Part shown: piece after piece, positions 1 through 9,488 of the stretch
Position numbering within the stretch: the first letter of the stretch is position 1
How the letters are laid out: each line of letters begins with the position of its first letter
Assembly (NCBI GenBank): GCA_963785725.1
Contig: CAWAWS010000007.1
Location: 448,001-512,000, forward strand
Origin: an uncultured delta proteobacterium
Lineage (GTDB): Bacteria; Myxococcota_A; Polyangia; Palsa-1104
DNA: 64,000 bases
Direction: 5' to 3'
Notes under the pieces: generated by a model
What the model was told of the DNA's origin: nothing
The model's database searches: none
Seen by the model: only the letters and a program-made list of their open reading frames with translations
Made by a program: the position numbers and the translations under genes

Positions 1-1894
1 CTATGCGCTCGATGGTCAGCGGCGCCGTCGCCTGCTCGAGAAGATCGGCCACTTGCCGATGATTCAGCGCATGACGGCCTCGTCTTCTCCCGGTCGTCGT
101 CGCGCGCGCGCGATCTTGTCGGTGTTCGCGGTGGCGCTGCTGGTGCTGGCGATGGCGCGGCCGCAGATGCCGGGCCGCGCGAAATTGACCGAGAGCCGCG
201 GCCTCGACCTCGTCGTCGCGCTCGATTTCTCGAAGTCGATGCTGGCGCGCGACGTCTATCCGACGCGGCTCGATCGCGCCAAAGCCGAGCTGTCGCGCTT
301 CATCGACAGCTTGCACGGCGATCGCGTGGGCCTGGTCGCGTTCGCCGGCGAGACGATGTCGTATCCGCTCACCGTCGACTACGAAGCGGCCAAGCTCTTC
401 TGGCGCGACCTCACTCCCGACGACATGCCGGTCGGCGGCACCGACATCGGCCGCGCGCTGCGCGCGTCGATCGACCTCTTGACGCGCGTCCGCGAGCGCG
501 AAGGCAAGAAGCGGCCGGCGCAAGTCATCTTGCTCATGACCGACGGCGAGGACACCGAGGGCCTCGGCCTCGCCGCCGCCAAAAAGGCCGCCACGCTCGG
601 CATTCGCATCTACACGCTCGGCATCGGCTCGAACGAGAAGCCGCCGGTGCCGCTCTTCGACGAGGACGGCAAGCAGCACGGCTACGTCTCCGACGACAAC
701 GGCGATCCGGTGCGCGTCGGCCTCGACGAGTCGGCGCTGAAGCAGATGGCGGCCTTGACCGGCGGCGAATATACGCCGCTCGATCAGAGCCGCTTCGGCG
801 TCGAGCGCGTGCAGTCGGCGATCGCGCAGCTCGAGCGCACCGAAGAGGCGGCGCGCTTCGAGCGCGAGCCGGACGACGTCGGCCGCTGGTTCCTGTTGCC
901 GGCGTTCTTGATGCTGCTGTTGTCGAGCTGCCTGCGCGAGCGCCGCGCCAATACGCCGCCTTTGGCGACGGTGGCCGGCGACGAATCGACGCGCAAATTG
1001 GCCGCGGCCGCGACCGGGTTCGCCAGCGAGCCGTCGCAAAAAGCGCTGGCAGCCGCGGTTTTACTGTTGGCCTTGCCCATGCTGACCGGCTTCGATCTAC
1101 TGAAGCGCAAAGATCCCAACATCGAGGAGGGCAATCGCTTGCTGTCGGCCGGCAAAGCCGAGGACGCGCTGAAGTCGTTCGATCGCGCCGTGGAGCAGCT
1201 GCCGAACGAGCCGATCGCGCATTACGATCGCGGCGTGGCGCTCTATCAGCTCGGCAAATTCCCCGAAGCGCAGAAGGAGTTTTTGCGCGCGTCGGAAGAG
1301 GGTCACGACGCGGAGCTCAAAGCGGACGCCTATTACAACATGGGCAACGCGCTCTTGAAGCAGCAGCGGGGCAAAGACGCGCTCGACGCCTACAAGCACA
1401 CGCTCGGCTTGCGGCCGGACGATCGGCGCGCAAAGTGGAACTTGGAGCTGGCGCTGCGGCAGATGCAAGAGCAGCAGAAGCAGCAGCAACAGCAGCAGGA
1501 CAATAAAGACAACAAAGACAATAAAGACGACAAGCAACAGCAGCAACAGCAGCAGCAGCAGGCGCAAGATCAGCAGGACAAGAAGGACCAAAAGCAGGAC
1601 GACAAGCAGAAGCAGGCCGACGAGCAGAAGCAGCAAGAAGAACAGAAGTCGGACGAGCAGAAGCAGGCTGAGGAGCAAAAGAAGCAGCAAGAGCAGCAGC
1701 CGCAGCCGGGCGACAAGGACAAAGAGAAAGAGAAGCAGGCGCAGCGGGCGCAGAAGAAGGAGCAGCCGCGCGAGATCGACAAGCAGGACGCCGAGGCGGT
1801 GCTCGACGCGCTGGAGCGTTCGGAGCCGACGGTGCAAAAAGATCTGGCGCGGCGACGGGCCGAGAATCGCCGCCGGCCGGCGAAGGATTGGTAA
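1..1894 (+). CDS. BatB-like vWA domain protein fused to a BatC-like TPR region with Gln/Lys-rich linker (5' end probably outside window)
   Basis: Frame is open from the window start; LARPQ-type motif, MIDAS DFSKSM, LMTDGED; TPRs (YNMGNAL, AKWNLELA); Q/K-rich tract; C-terminal ...KDW typical of BatC. Confidence 0.85.
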   Translation, partial: YALDGQRRRRLLEKIGHLPMIQRMTASSSPGRRRARAILSVFAVALLVLAMARPQMPGRAKLTESRGLDLVVALDFSKSMLARDVYPTRLDRAKAELSRFIDSLHGDRVGLVAFAGETMSYPLTVDYEAAKLFWRDLTPDDMPVGGTDIGRALRASIDLLTRVREREGKKRPAQVILLMTDGEDTEGLGLAAAKKAATLGIRIYTLGIGSNEKPPVPLFDEDGKQHGYVSDDNGDPVRVGLDESALKQMAALTGGEYTPLDQSRFGVERVQSAIAQLERTEEAARFEREPDDVGRWFLLPAFLMLLLSSCLRERRANTPPLATVAGDESTRKLAAAATGFASEPSQKALAAAVLLLALPMLTGFDLLKRKDPNIEEGNRLLSAGKAEDALKSFDRAVEQLPNEPIAHYDRGVALYQLGKFPEAQKEFLRASEEGHDAELKADAYYNMGNALLKQQRGKDALDAYKHTLGLRPDDRRAKWNLELALRQMQEQQKQQQQQQDNKDNKDNKDDKQQQQQQQQQAQDQQDKKDQKQDDKQKQADEQKQQEEQKSDEQKQAEEQKKQQEQQPQPGDKDKEKEKQAQRAQKKEQPREIDKQDAEAVLDALERSEPTVQKDLARRRAENRRRPAKDW

Positions 1895-3762
1895 TGGCGA
1901 TGCGGAATGCACGGCTCGCGGTCTTGCCGCAGCGGCTCGCGAAACTCTTGGTCGCCGTGGCGGTTGCGCTGGCGGCGTCGCGCGCGGGCGCGGACGCGGC
2001 GGGCGTGCGCTTCGAGGCGACGGTGCCGTCGGAGAACGTGACCAGCGATCAGACGGTCGAGCTGACGGTGACGCTGCAGCGCGACGGCTCGCAGACGTTC
2101 GAGGCCTATCGTCCGCCGACGGCGCCCGACTTCGAGCTGCTGCACGCGTCGGACAACGAGTCGGTGCAGATGGGCATCGCCAACGGGCGGCAGTCGGTGC
2201 GCATGATCGAGCAGCACGTCTACGTCTATCGGCCGAAGAAGCGGGGCGCGCTCAAGATCGAGTCGGCGACGGTGCGCATCGCCGGGACGGAGCTGAAGAC
2301 GCGGCCGCTCGTCATTCACGTGGGCGCGCCGCTGAAGAACGCGGTGTCGACGCTGGGCGGGCGGCCGGGCGCGACGGTGAATCCGAGCGTCATCGTGCCC
2401 GACACGCTGCACGGCGACGAGGATCTGTTCGTCGACGCCGCCACCGACAAGCCGAGAGTCTACGTCGGGCAGCAGGTGACGGTGTCGTGGCGCCTGTTCA
2501 TTCAGAGCGAGATCTTGCGCTATCGCCCGCTGTCCGAGCCCAAGCACGAGGACTTTTGGGCGGAAGATCTGTTCGTGCCGACGACGCACTTGGCGTGGGA
2601 TCGCACGATGATCAAAGGGCACGACTTCGCGGTGGCGCTGCTGCTCAAGAAGGCGCTGTTTCCGCTCAAGTCGGGCAAGCTGTCGATTACGCCGCTCGAG
2701 GCCGAGGTGACGACGCTGCAGACGGCGTTCTCACCGACGGCGTCGGACTCGCGCAAGTCGCGCGCGCTGACGATCGACGTCATGCCGCTGCCGGTCGAGG
2801 GTCGGCCGGCGGGCTTCGAGTCTTCGAACGTCGGGCGCTTCGAGGTCGTGTCGTCGGTCGATCGCGCGCAGGTCAAAGCCGGCGAAGCGGTGACGTGGAA
2901 GGTGACGGTGCGCGGCGCGGGCAACATTCGCAACGTGCGGCTGCACAAGCTCGAGCACCTCGACGGCTTCCGCGTCTACGAGCCGACGACGAAGGAGACC
3001 ATCGAGCCCGGCGACGAGGTGCACGGCCAAAAGGTCTACACCTATCTGCTCCTTCCGCAGAAGGGCGGCGCGCTGACGCTGCCGTCGGTGGAGCTGCCCT
3101 ACTTCGATCCCGGGACCGGCAAATACGCGACGGCGAAGTCGCAGCCGATCGCGCTCACCGTCGAAGGTGATCCGAGCAAAGTGTCGAGCGGGCAGCCGAG
3201 CACGCACGAGGAGAACGTGCTCGGGCAGCAGGTGCGGCCGATTCGCAATCGCTCGAGCGTGGGCGCGAGCTTCGGCGATCGGCTGTTCCGCGGTCGCGTC
3301 GCCGTCGGCTTGTTGGCGGCGCCGCCGGGATTGTGGCTGCTCGTGCTCATCGGCGACGCCTTGCGCCGCCGGCTCGGTCGCGAGACGGCCGGCTCGAAGC
3401 GGCGACGCGCGCGGCGCTCGGCGCGACGGCGACTGCGCGTGGCCGAATACCACATCAAGGCGCAGCGGCCGTCGGCGTTCTTCGGCGAGTGCGCGCGCGT
3501 GTTGTACGAGCACCTCGAATATCGCCTGGGCGCCAAAGTGGAAGCGTTGACGCTGAGCGAGCTGCGCGAACATTTAGTGGCGCGCGGCTTTCAGCGCGAG
3601 ACCGCGGAGTCGGTCGTCAAGGAGCTGGAGAACTGCGACTTCGCGCGCTTCGCGCCGTCGGCGTCGGGACCGGGCGAGATGCGCGCGGCCATGCGGCGCG
3701 TGCGCATTCTGCTCGGCATGATCGAGAAGCAGCGCCCGCTCGATAAGGAAGTGGCGGCATGA
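1894..3762 (+). CDS. batD: BatD family protein
   Basis: Signal peptide, repeated beta-rich BatD-like domains (VYVGQQVTV, VGRFEV..VKAGEAVT), C-terminal TM and CDFARFAP motif; position in Bat operon. Confidence 0.85.
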   Translation: MAMRNARLAVLPQRLAKLLVAVAVALAASRAGADAAGVRFEATVPSENVTSDQTVELTVTLQRDGSQTFEAYRPPTAPDFELLHASDNESVQMGIANGRQSVRMIEQHVYVYRPKKRGALKIESATVRIAGTELKTRPLVIHVGAPLKNAVSTLGGRPGATVNPSVIVPDTLHGDEDLFVDAATDKPRVYVGQQVTVSWRLFIQSEILRYRPLSEPKHEDFWAEDLFVPTTHLAWDRTMIKGHDFAVALLLKKALFPLKSGKLSITPLEAEVTTLQTAFSPTASDSRKSRALTIDVMPLPVEGRPAGFESSNVGRFEVVSSVDRAQVKAGEAVTWKVTVRGAGNIRNVRLHKLEHLDGFRVYEPTTKETIEPGDEVHGQKVYTYLLLPQKGGALTLPSVELPYFDPGTGKYATAKSQPIALTVEGDPSKVSSGQPSTHEENVLGQQVRPIRNRSSVGASFGDRLFRGRVAVGLLAAPPGLWLLVLIGDALRRRLGRETAGSKRRRARRSARRRLRVAEYHIKAQRPSAFFGECARVLYEHLEYRLGAKVEALTLSELREHLVARGFQRETAESVVKELENCDFARFAPSASGPGEMRAAMRRVRILLGMIEKQRPLDKEVAA

Positions 3763-4535
3763 AACCCCTATTGTTTTGCATTTTACTAATGGGATTTTGT
3801 GGCATTGCCCGCGCCGCCGACACCGAGATCGCCGCCTCCAAAGACGCGACCTTCCGCCGCGGCAATGACGCCTATTTTCACGGTCGTTATGCGGAAGCGG
3901 TGGAGGCGTACGAGCAAGTGGCGGCGCTCGGCGCCGTCTCGCAAGACCTGTTTTACAACTTGGGAAACGCCTATTTGAAGGCGAACCAGCTGGGGCCGGC
4001 GATCTACAACTACGAGCGCGCGCTGGAGCTCGATCCGTCGTCGGAGGACGTGCGCTTCAACTTGACCGTCGCCCGCGATGCCGCGCGCAAGAAGGGCGAA
4101 GACCGCCTGGCCGGCGCCGAGGCGATTCCGTTTTGGATGCGCGTCGCCTCGCAAGTGACGGTCGATTGGGTGAGCTGGCTGTTCTTGGGGCTGTATGTGG
4201 CGCTGTTCGCCGGGCTGATCCTCGTGCACTTCGTGCAGCCGGGCTTCCTGCACGTGTCGCTCGTCGTGGGGCTGTCGTTCCTCGGCTTGGCGACGGTGGC
4301 GGCGGGCACGCTGTTGGGCGCGCGGCTGTACATGGCCGAGCGGGTCGAGCAGGCGATCGTGCTGCCCGATTCGGTGCAGGTCAAAGAGGGGCCCGATCCG
4401 AATTACCAATCGTCGTTCGGCGTGCACGCCGGGCTGCGCGTGCGCGTCACCGACAAAGAGCAGGATTGGGTGCGCGTGCGCTTGGCCAACGGTCTCGAAG
4501 GTTGGGTGCGCGAGCGCGACTTGGGCCGGCTGTGA
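3759..4535 (+). CDS. batE: BatE-like TPR + SH3 domain membrane protein
   Basis: TPR (YNLGNAY, AIYNYERAL), two TM helices, C-terminal SH3b (WVRVRLANGLEGWV); ATGA overlap with batD. Confidence 0.85.
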   Translation: MKPLLFCILLMGFCGIARAADTEIAASKDATFRRGNDAYFHGRYAEAVEAYEQVAALGAVSQDLFYNLGNAYLKANQLGPAIYNYERALELDPSSEDVRFNLTVARDAARKKGEDRLAGAEAIPFWMRVASQVTVDWVSWLFLGLYVALFAGLILVHFVQPGFLHVSLVVGLSFLGLATVAAGTLLGARLYMAERVEQAIVLPDSVQVKEGPDPNYQSSFGVHAGLRVRVTDKEQDWVRVRLANGLEGWVRERDLGRL

Positions 4536-5014
4536 GCGACGACGCGCTCGTCCTGCGTCGGGCGCGGCGCGAAGACTTGGCGGCGATCGTCGCGCTCTAT
4601 GCCGACGACTTCATGGGCGCGACGCGCGAGACGCCGCCGACGCCGGCGGGCGAGCTGGCGCCGCCCTATCTGACGGCTTTTGCGCATATCGAGGGCGACG
4701 CCGATAACGAGCTCATCGTCGCTGAGCTCGAAGGTCAAGTCGTCGGCAGCTGTCAGCTCACGTTCATCTGGCAGCTCAGCCACGGCGGCGCGCGCGTCAT
4801 GCAGATCGAGGCCGTGCGCATCGACGCGCGGCGACGCGGGCTCGGCCTCGGCGCGCGCATGCTGGAGTGGGCGATCGAGCGGGCGCGCGTGGGCGGCTGT
4901 CGCGTCGTGCAGCTGACGTCGAATGCGAAGCGCGTCGACGCGCGGCGCTTTTACGAGCGGCTCGGCTTCGTCGCCAGCCACGTCGGCATGAAGCTCACGC
5001 TGCCGCGGCCGTAA
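4532..5014 (+). CDS. GNAT family acetyltransferase
   Basis: GTG overlaps batE stop; RRGLGLG acetyl-CoA motif, ARRFYERLGF. Confidence 0.85.
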   Translation: MSDDALVLRRARREDLAAIVALYADDFMGATRETPPTPAGELAPPYLTAFAHIEGDADNELIVAELEGQVVGSCQLTFIWQLSHGGARVMQIEAVRIDARRRGLGLGARMLEWAIERARVGGCRVVQLTSNAKRVDARRFYERLGFVASHVGMKLTLPRP

Positions 5015-5015
5015 G

Positions 5016-5888
5016 TCACGCGCGGCGCCAGCGGTCGCCGGGCTCTTGCACGGCGCGACCTTCGCGCTCGAGCTTCACCAGATGCGCCAATAGCGAGCGC
5101 GCGGCGAGCGGGTAAATCGCCGGCGCGACGTCGGGATAGACGGCGGGCACGAGCGCTTCCGCCGTCGCCGCCGTCGCGCTCAGCGCCGCCGCCACGCGCG
5201 CCTCACGCTCCAGCCGATGCGCGATGTAAAAGTCGAGCCGCGCGCCGCCGTCGACGATGGGCGGGCCGTGCGCCGGCAGGAGGCGCGGCGTGCCGGCATC
5301 GACCGCGCCGCGCAGCCGCGCCAGCGACACCAGATATTGCGCCATGTCGCCGCCGTCGCTGGGCTCGATGATGATCGTGCCTACCGAGGCCACCATGTCG
5401 CCGGCCACGATCGCGCGCGCCGCCGCGTCGACGAAGCAGAGGTGGCCGGGCGCGTGCCCGGGCGTGTGCATCGCGACCAAGCTGCTCGGTCCGCCCGGCA
5501 AACGCGCGCCATCGTCGAGGAGCCGCGTGACCGCGACCCGACCTTCGAGCCGCGACGCCGTCTCCGCGTGCGCCGCGACGCCGATGCCGTGCCGCTCGGC
5601 CAGCGCCATCGCGCCCGAGACGTGGTCGACATGATGATGCGTCAGCACGATTTCGGACGGCTGCAAATTGTGCGTCTGCACAAAAGCGTCCAATTTCGCC
5701 TGCTCTTCGGCCCACGGGCTCGCCGGATCGACCACGATCACAGACGGCCCGTCGCCGATGAGGTAACAGTTGGTGTGCGTCGCCGGTGGCAGCGTCGGGG
5801 TGCGCAGCGGAACTACGCGAATCCAGGGCGCCGCCGGCAGAACGAAAGGGTCGTAGGGATTGACCGATCGCGTTACGTCTGGATCCAT
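5016..5888 (-). CDS. Metallo-beta-lactamase fold hydrolase (LACTB2-like)
   Basis: THHHVDH, HTPGHAPGH, GD, PAHGP motifs; TPTLPPATHTN N-terminus; winged-helix-like C-terminus. Confidence 0.85.
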   Translation of the reverse strand: MDPDVTRSVNPYDPFVLPAAPWIRVVPLRTPTLPPATHTNCYLIGDGPSVIVVDPASPWAEEQAKLDAFVQTHNLQPSEIVLTHHHVDHVSGAMALAERHGIGVAAHAETASRLEGRVAVTRLLDDGARLPGGPSSLVAMHTPGHAPGHLCFVDAAARAIVAGDMVASVGTIIIEPSDGGDMAQYLVSLARLRGAVDAGTPRLLPAHGPPIVDGGARLDFYIAHRLEREARVAAALSATAATAEALVPAVYPDVAPAIYPLAARSLLAHLVKLEREGRAVQEPGDRWRRA

Positions 5889-5959
5889 GCCCAATTTTAC
5901 AGTGACGATGGGGATCGGCGCGCGTAGAATTAGTTGGTGACTCGGCTGGACGGGTTGCG

Positions 5960-6235
5960 ATGACCAACGTTACCGCGCGCAAAATACGCGACCATGGCCG
6001 TGAGCGTGCGGCTGTCGGGGTGGGCCGTATCTACAACGGCTTCCTCGTCAGCTACCCCGTGGTCGGTCGTGGCATGGTCATTTTCCGCGATCCCAACGGC
6101 CATCGCATGATCACGACGCCGGTCCGCAGGGTGCTGGCGGATCCCGACGGCGAATCGGTGTACGTCGAGACCGAAAACAGCGTCTACCGCCTCACGTTTC
6201 ATCGGCCGATTCCGGTCGCTCCGCAAGCCGCTTAG
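5960..6235 (+). CDS. Small hypothetical beta-rich protein (91 aa)
   Basis: ATG-start ORF with host-like codon bias and non-random composition (ITTPVRRVL..VYVETENSVYRL); no family recognised. Confidence 0.7.
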   Translation: MTNVTARKIRDHGRERAAVGVGRIYNGFLVSYPVVGRGMVIFRDPNGHRMITTPVRRVLADPDGESVYVETENSVYRLTFHRPIPVAPQAA

Positions 6236-6258
6236 GCGATAGCGCTGCCCGCGCGGGG

Positions 6259-6478
6259 CCAAGTGACGCGGGCTGGACGATGGTACGGGTCCTGTCGCCG
6301 CATACCTTCTTGTCCGTGCTCGCTCCGCGCCCAGGGCGCAGGCGTTGGCGCTTTCGCTTCTAATTTCGTGGTGTAAGCGAGGTTGTGCGGGATCGCGACG
6401 CGCTCCGGCTGCGCGCGGACAAGAAGGTACGCGACGCCACCCGTACGAGGTTTCCGGAGGCACGCCCGCGTCGCTTGG
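6259..6478. ncRNA. Candidate structured RNA or palindromic element (nested inverted repeats)
   Basis: 6259-6273 pairs with 6464-6478; 6283-6290 with 6439-6446; 6300-6319 with 6413-6432; small hairpins inside the loop. Confidence 0.55.
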
Positions 6479-6542
6479 GGGGAATTTGGTGGCAGAGGGC
6501 GGGTTAACGCACGCCTCCTCGCCACAGACTTCGAAGCGGCGG

Positions 6543-7721
6543 TTAGACCACGCGACAGAGGACGAATTTTAGGTAGCGGCCTTCTGGGAAGGCGGGGGGG
6601 ACGGGGTGGTCCATGCCCTGTGAGGCGACCTCGAGGAGCTGGACGCGGCGGCCGGCGTCTTTGGCGGCGCCGGCGATGACGCGCTCGAAGGTCTCGCCGT
6701 CGACGAGCTGGGAGCAGCTGCACGTGGCCAAGAGCGCGCCTTCGGAGCAGGCGTTCATGCCGAGCGCGTTGAGGCGCTGGTAGCCCTTCATGGCGGCGTC
6801 CAAGTCCTTGCGCGCGCGGGCGAACTTGGGCGGATCGAGGACGACGATGTCGAAGCTGCGCGGGCGCGCGCTCTCGAGGAAGCGGAAGGCGTCGGCTTCG
6901 ATCGTCTCGATGGCGCTCATGCCGTTGAGCTCGGCGTGGGCGCGGACGCGCTCGAGCGCGCGGCCCGACGCGTCGACGCAGGTGGCCGATTTGGCGCCGC
7001 CTTTGAGCGCGTTGAGGGCGAAGCCGCCGGCGTAGGTGTAGACGTCGAGGACGCGCGCGTCTTTGGCGAGCGAGCCGAGCATGCGGCGGTTCTCGCGCTG
7101 ATCGAGGAACATGCCGGTCTTCTGGCCATGCAGCGGGTCGACCTCGAGCTGGATGCCGTTTTCGCGGCAGCGCACCGACGCGGCGGCGCCGTCGTCGCCG
7201 CGCACGGCGCGCGTGGCCGAGGCGAAGCCTTCGACCTGCGCGAACCCGCCCGCCGAAACCTCGACGATGGCGCGCGGCTTGAGCAGCTCCGACAGCGCGT
7301 CATAGACCTCGACTTCGCGCAGCTTCATGCCGAGCGCGGTGAACTGCACGGCGCAGACGTCGTTGTAGACGTCGACGACGAGGCCGGGCAGACCGTCGCC
7401 TTCCGAGTTGATGAGCCGGTAGGCGTTCGTCTCCGTCGACGGCATCAAGAGCCGCGCGCGCAGACTGATCGCTTCCTGCACGCGGCGCGCGATGAGGTGC
7501 TTGTCGACGGCTTCGTCGCGCGTCGTCACCATGCGCACGCGAATTTGCGAGCGCGGATTGATGAAGCCGCGCCCGATGAAGCGGCCCTCGGCGTCGGCGA
7601 CATCGATGACGTCGCCCGGTTGATAGGTGCCTTCTTCGCGTGCGACCGCACCCGAATAAACCCAAGGGTGGCCTTGCCAAAGCGGGTTTGCGCGCCCGCG
7701 CTTGAGGAACAGTGTTGCCAT
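6543..7721 (-). CDS. rlmI: RlmI-family SAM-dependent rRNA m5C methyltransferase
   Basis: PUA N-terminus GHPWVY, SEGDGLPGL, GQKTGMFLDQRENR, VLDPPKF, CSCS, FPEGRYLK. Confidence 0.9.
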   Translation of the reverse strand: MATLFLKRGRANPLWQGHPWVYSGAVAREEGTYQPGDVIDVADAEGRFIGRGFINPRSQIRVRMVTTRDEAVDKHLIARRVQEAISLRARLLMPSTETNAYRLINSEGDGLPGLVVDVYNDVCAVQFTALGMKLREVEVYDALSELLKPRAIVEVSAGGFAQVEGFASATRAVRGDDGAAASVRCRENGIQLEVDPLHGQKTGMFLDQRENRRMLGSLAKDARVLDVYTYAGGFALNALKGGAKSATCVDASGRALERVRAHAELNGMSAIETIEADAFRFLESARPRSFDIVVLDPPKFARARKDLDAAMKGYQRLNALGMNACSEGALLATCSCSQLVDGETFERVIAGAAKDAGRRVQLLEVASQGMDHPVPPAFPEGRYLKFVLCRVV

Positions 7722-7768
7722 GTGCGGCGCAACCTAGCATGGAAATGCGGAAATGATATGGTCGCGTC

Positions 7769-8599
7769 GTGCGCGCGCTCGGGTCGCTGGTGATTGTCGC
7801 CGCCGTCGCTTGGTCGGCGACGGCGGTCGCAGCTGTCGCGAGCGTCGGCGGCCTTGCCGATGACGGCGTAAATGCAGTGCCCGCTACGCGCGCAACGGCG
7901 ACGACGACGCATGATTCGGCGGCGCCTGTGTTGTTGGCGCAAGCCGAGCCGGCGCCCGAGGACTACGTGCCGCCCGGTCACAGTCGTCCCGACTCGGGCG
8001 AAGGTCCGCCGGTCAAGCCGTATCCGAAGCCGTGGCTCATCACCGTCGATGCCAGCTTGCCGTTCACGCTCGGCACGGTGTCGCCGACGCTGCCGCCGGT
8101 CGGTTGGGGCGCCGGGCTGTCGATCGCGCGGGCGCTGCTGAATTACGGCCATTTGCGGCTCGGTATCGGCGCGCAGTTCGCGTATCAGCGCGTGCAGCAC
8201 GAGAAGCATTCCGAGGTCGTCTTCGGCGATCTGACGCAGTCGCTGGCGAACACGACGTTCGCCGGCATGCTCTTCGTCGACGAGATCTTCGGCCGCGTTC
8301 GCCCTTGGTTCAATATCGGCGGCGGCTTCAGCGTCGCGCAATACTTCGATCCCGACACCAACGGCACGGCGCAGAACGTGACCGCCGTTGCCGTCGTGCC
8401 GCTCTTGCAGATCGCGGCCGGCGTCTCCGTCGAGATCACGCGCGGCATCGAGCTCGGCTTGGGCGGCCACTTCGATCTGACGTTCTCCGACATCGATCGC
8501 GGACCGCCGGTGCCGATTGGCCAGTCGTCGACGCCGGTGCACACGGTGTTCGCGCCTGGCCTCGTCTCCGTGCGGCTGCAGCTCGGCTTCCGCTTTTAG
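7769..8599 (+). CDS. Putative outer-membrane beta-barrel protein
   Basis: Signal peptide, Pro-rich linker, amphipathic strands, terminal LGFRF. Confidence 0.7.
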   Translation: MRALGSLVIVAAVAWSATAVAAVASVGGLADDGVNAVPATRATATTTHDSAAPVLLAQAEPAPEDYVPPGHSRPDSGEGPPVKPYPKPWLITVDASLPFTLGTVSPTLPPVGWGAGLSIARALLNYGHLRLGIGAQFAYQRVQHEKHSEVVFGDLTQSLANTTFAGMLFVDEIFGRVRPWFNIGGGFSVAQYFDPDTNGTAQNVTAVAVVPLLQIAAGVSVEITRGIELGLGGHFDLTFSDIDRGPPVPIGQSSTPVHTVFAPGLVSVRLQLGFRF

Positions 8600-8663
8600 A
8601 TCGCGTCGCTCCCCAGCCAAACGCGACGTTGACAGCGTCCGACGCGGTCGTTACGTTCCGTCG

Positions 8664-9488
8664 GTGTTGCTGCGCATCGTCGCCGAGCTGCTGGCGCTTG
8701 TCGTGAGCGGCGCCGTCCTGTTCGTCGCGCTCAGCTACTCGCACGCGTTCTGGCATCGGCGGCGGACGACTCGCGTCGCCAACCTCTTGCGTGCCGCGCT
8801 GTTCGAGCTCGGCGCCGTGCTCTTGCTGCTGCCGTTTTGGCCGCTGTGGTGGCTCGTCGGCGCCAGCTACGAAGTGGCGACGGAAGGCGAAGGGCAGGCC
8901 GGCGGCCGGCGCCACCCGGTGATTCTGCTGCACGGCTTCGCCATGAATCGCACCAACTGGATCTGGCTCGGCAGTCGCTTGGCGGCGCGCGGCATCGGTC
9001 CCTTGTACGGGACGAGCTACTTCTCGCTGCAACCGATCGCGCGCTCGGCCGCCAACTTGGCGCGCTTCGTCGACGAGGTGCGCGCCAAGGAGCAGTGCGA
9101 GCGCGTCGACATCGTCGCCCATTCGCTCGGCGGCGTCGTCGCGCGCTGGTACATCGATCGGCTCGACGGCGCGGGCAAGATCGGGCGCGTCGTCACCATC
9201 GGCTCGCCCCATCGCGGCACGCTGACGTCGCGCCTCGGGCCGCTCATTCCGTCGGCGCGCGAGACGCGCGTCGGCTCGCAGTTTTACGCCGCGCTGGGGC
9301 CGATTACGCCGCGCGACGGGCTTTCGTACACGTCGGTCTGGTCGCGGGCCGACGCTGTCATCGAGCCGCCGGAGTCGTCGTCGATCGCGCCTGCGGGCGC
9401 CGACTGCGTCTTCGACGATCTCGGCCACCTCTCGCTGCTCTTGTCGCCGCGCGTGCTCGACGCCGTCGCCGAGCGACTGTGCGCATGA
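8664..9488 (+). CDS. Membrane-anchored alpha/beta hydrolase (lipase/esterase)
   Basis: Two N-terminal TM segments, LLHGF oxyanion motif, AHSLGG nucleophile, GSPHRGT, GHLSLL. Confidence 0.85.
   Translation: MLLRIVAELLALVVSGAVLFVALSYSHAFWHRRRTTRVANLLRAALFELGAVLLLLPFWPLWWLVGASYEVATEGEGQAGGRRHPVILLHGFAMNRTNWIWLGSRLAARGIGPLYGTSYFSLQPIARSAANLARFVDEVRAKEQCERVDIVAHSLGGVVARWYIDRLDGAGKIGRVVTIGSPHRGTLTSRLGPLIPSARETRVGSQFYAALGPITPRDGLSYTSVWSRADAVIEPPESSSIAPAGADCVFDDLGHLSLLLSPRVLDAVAERLCA

Noticed and set aside
1470..1770. CAG/AAG-rich repeat tract
   Set aside because: It encodes the ordinary Gln/Lys-rich BatC linker and is not an independent element.
6259..6478. Retron msr-msd or SRP RNA
   Set aside because: No reverse transcriptase in the window and no SRP helix-8 motif recognised; kept only as an unclassified structured element.
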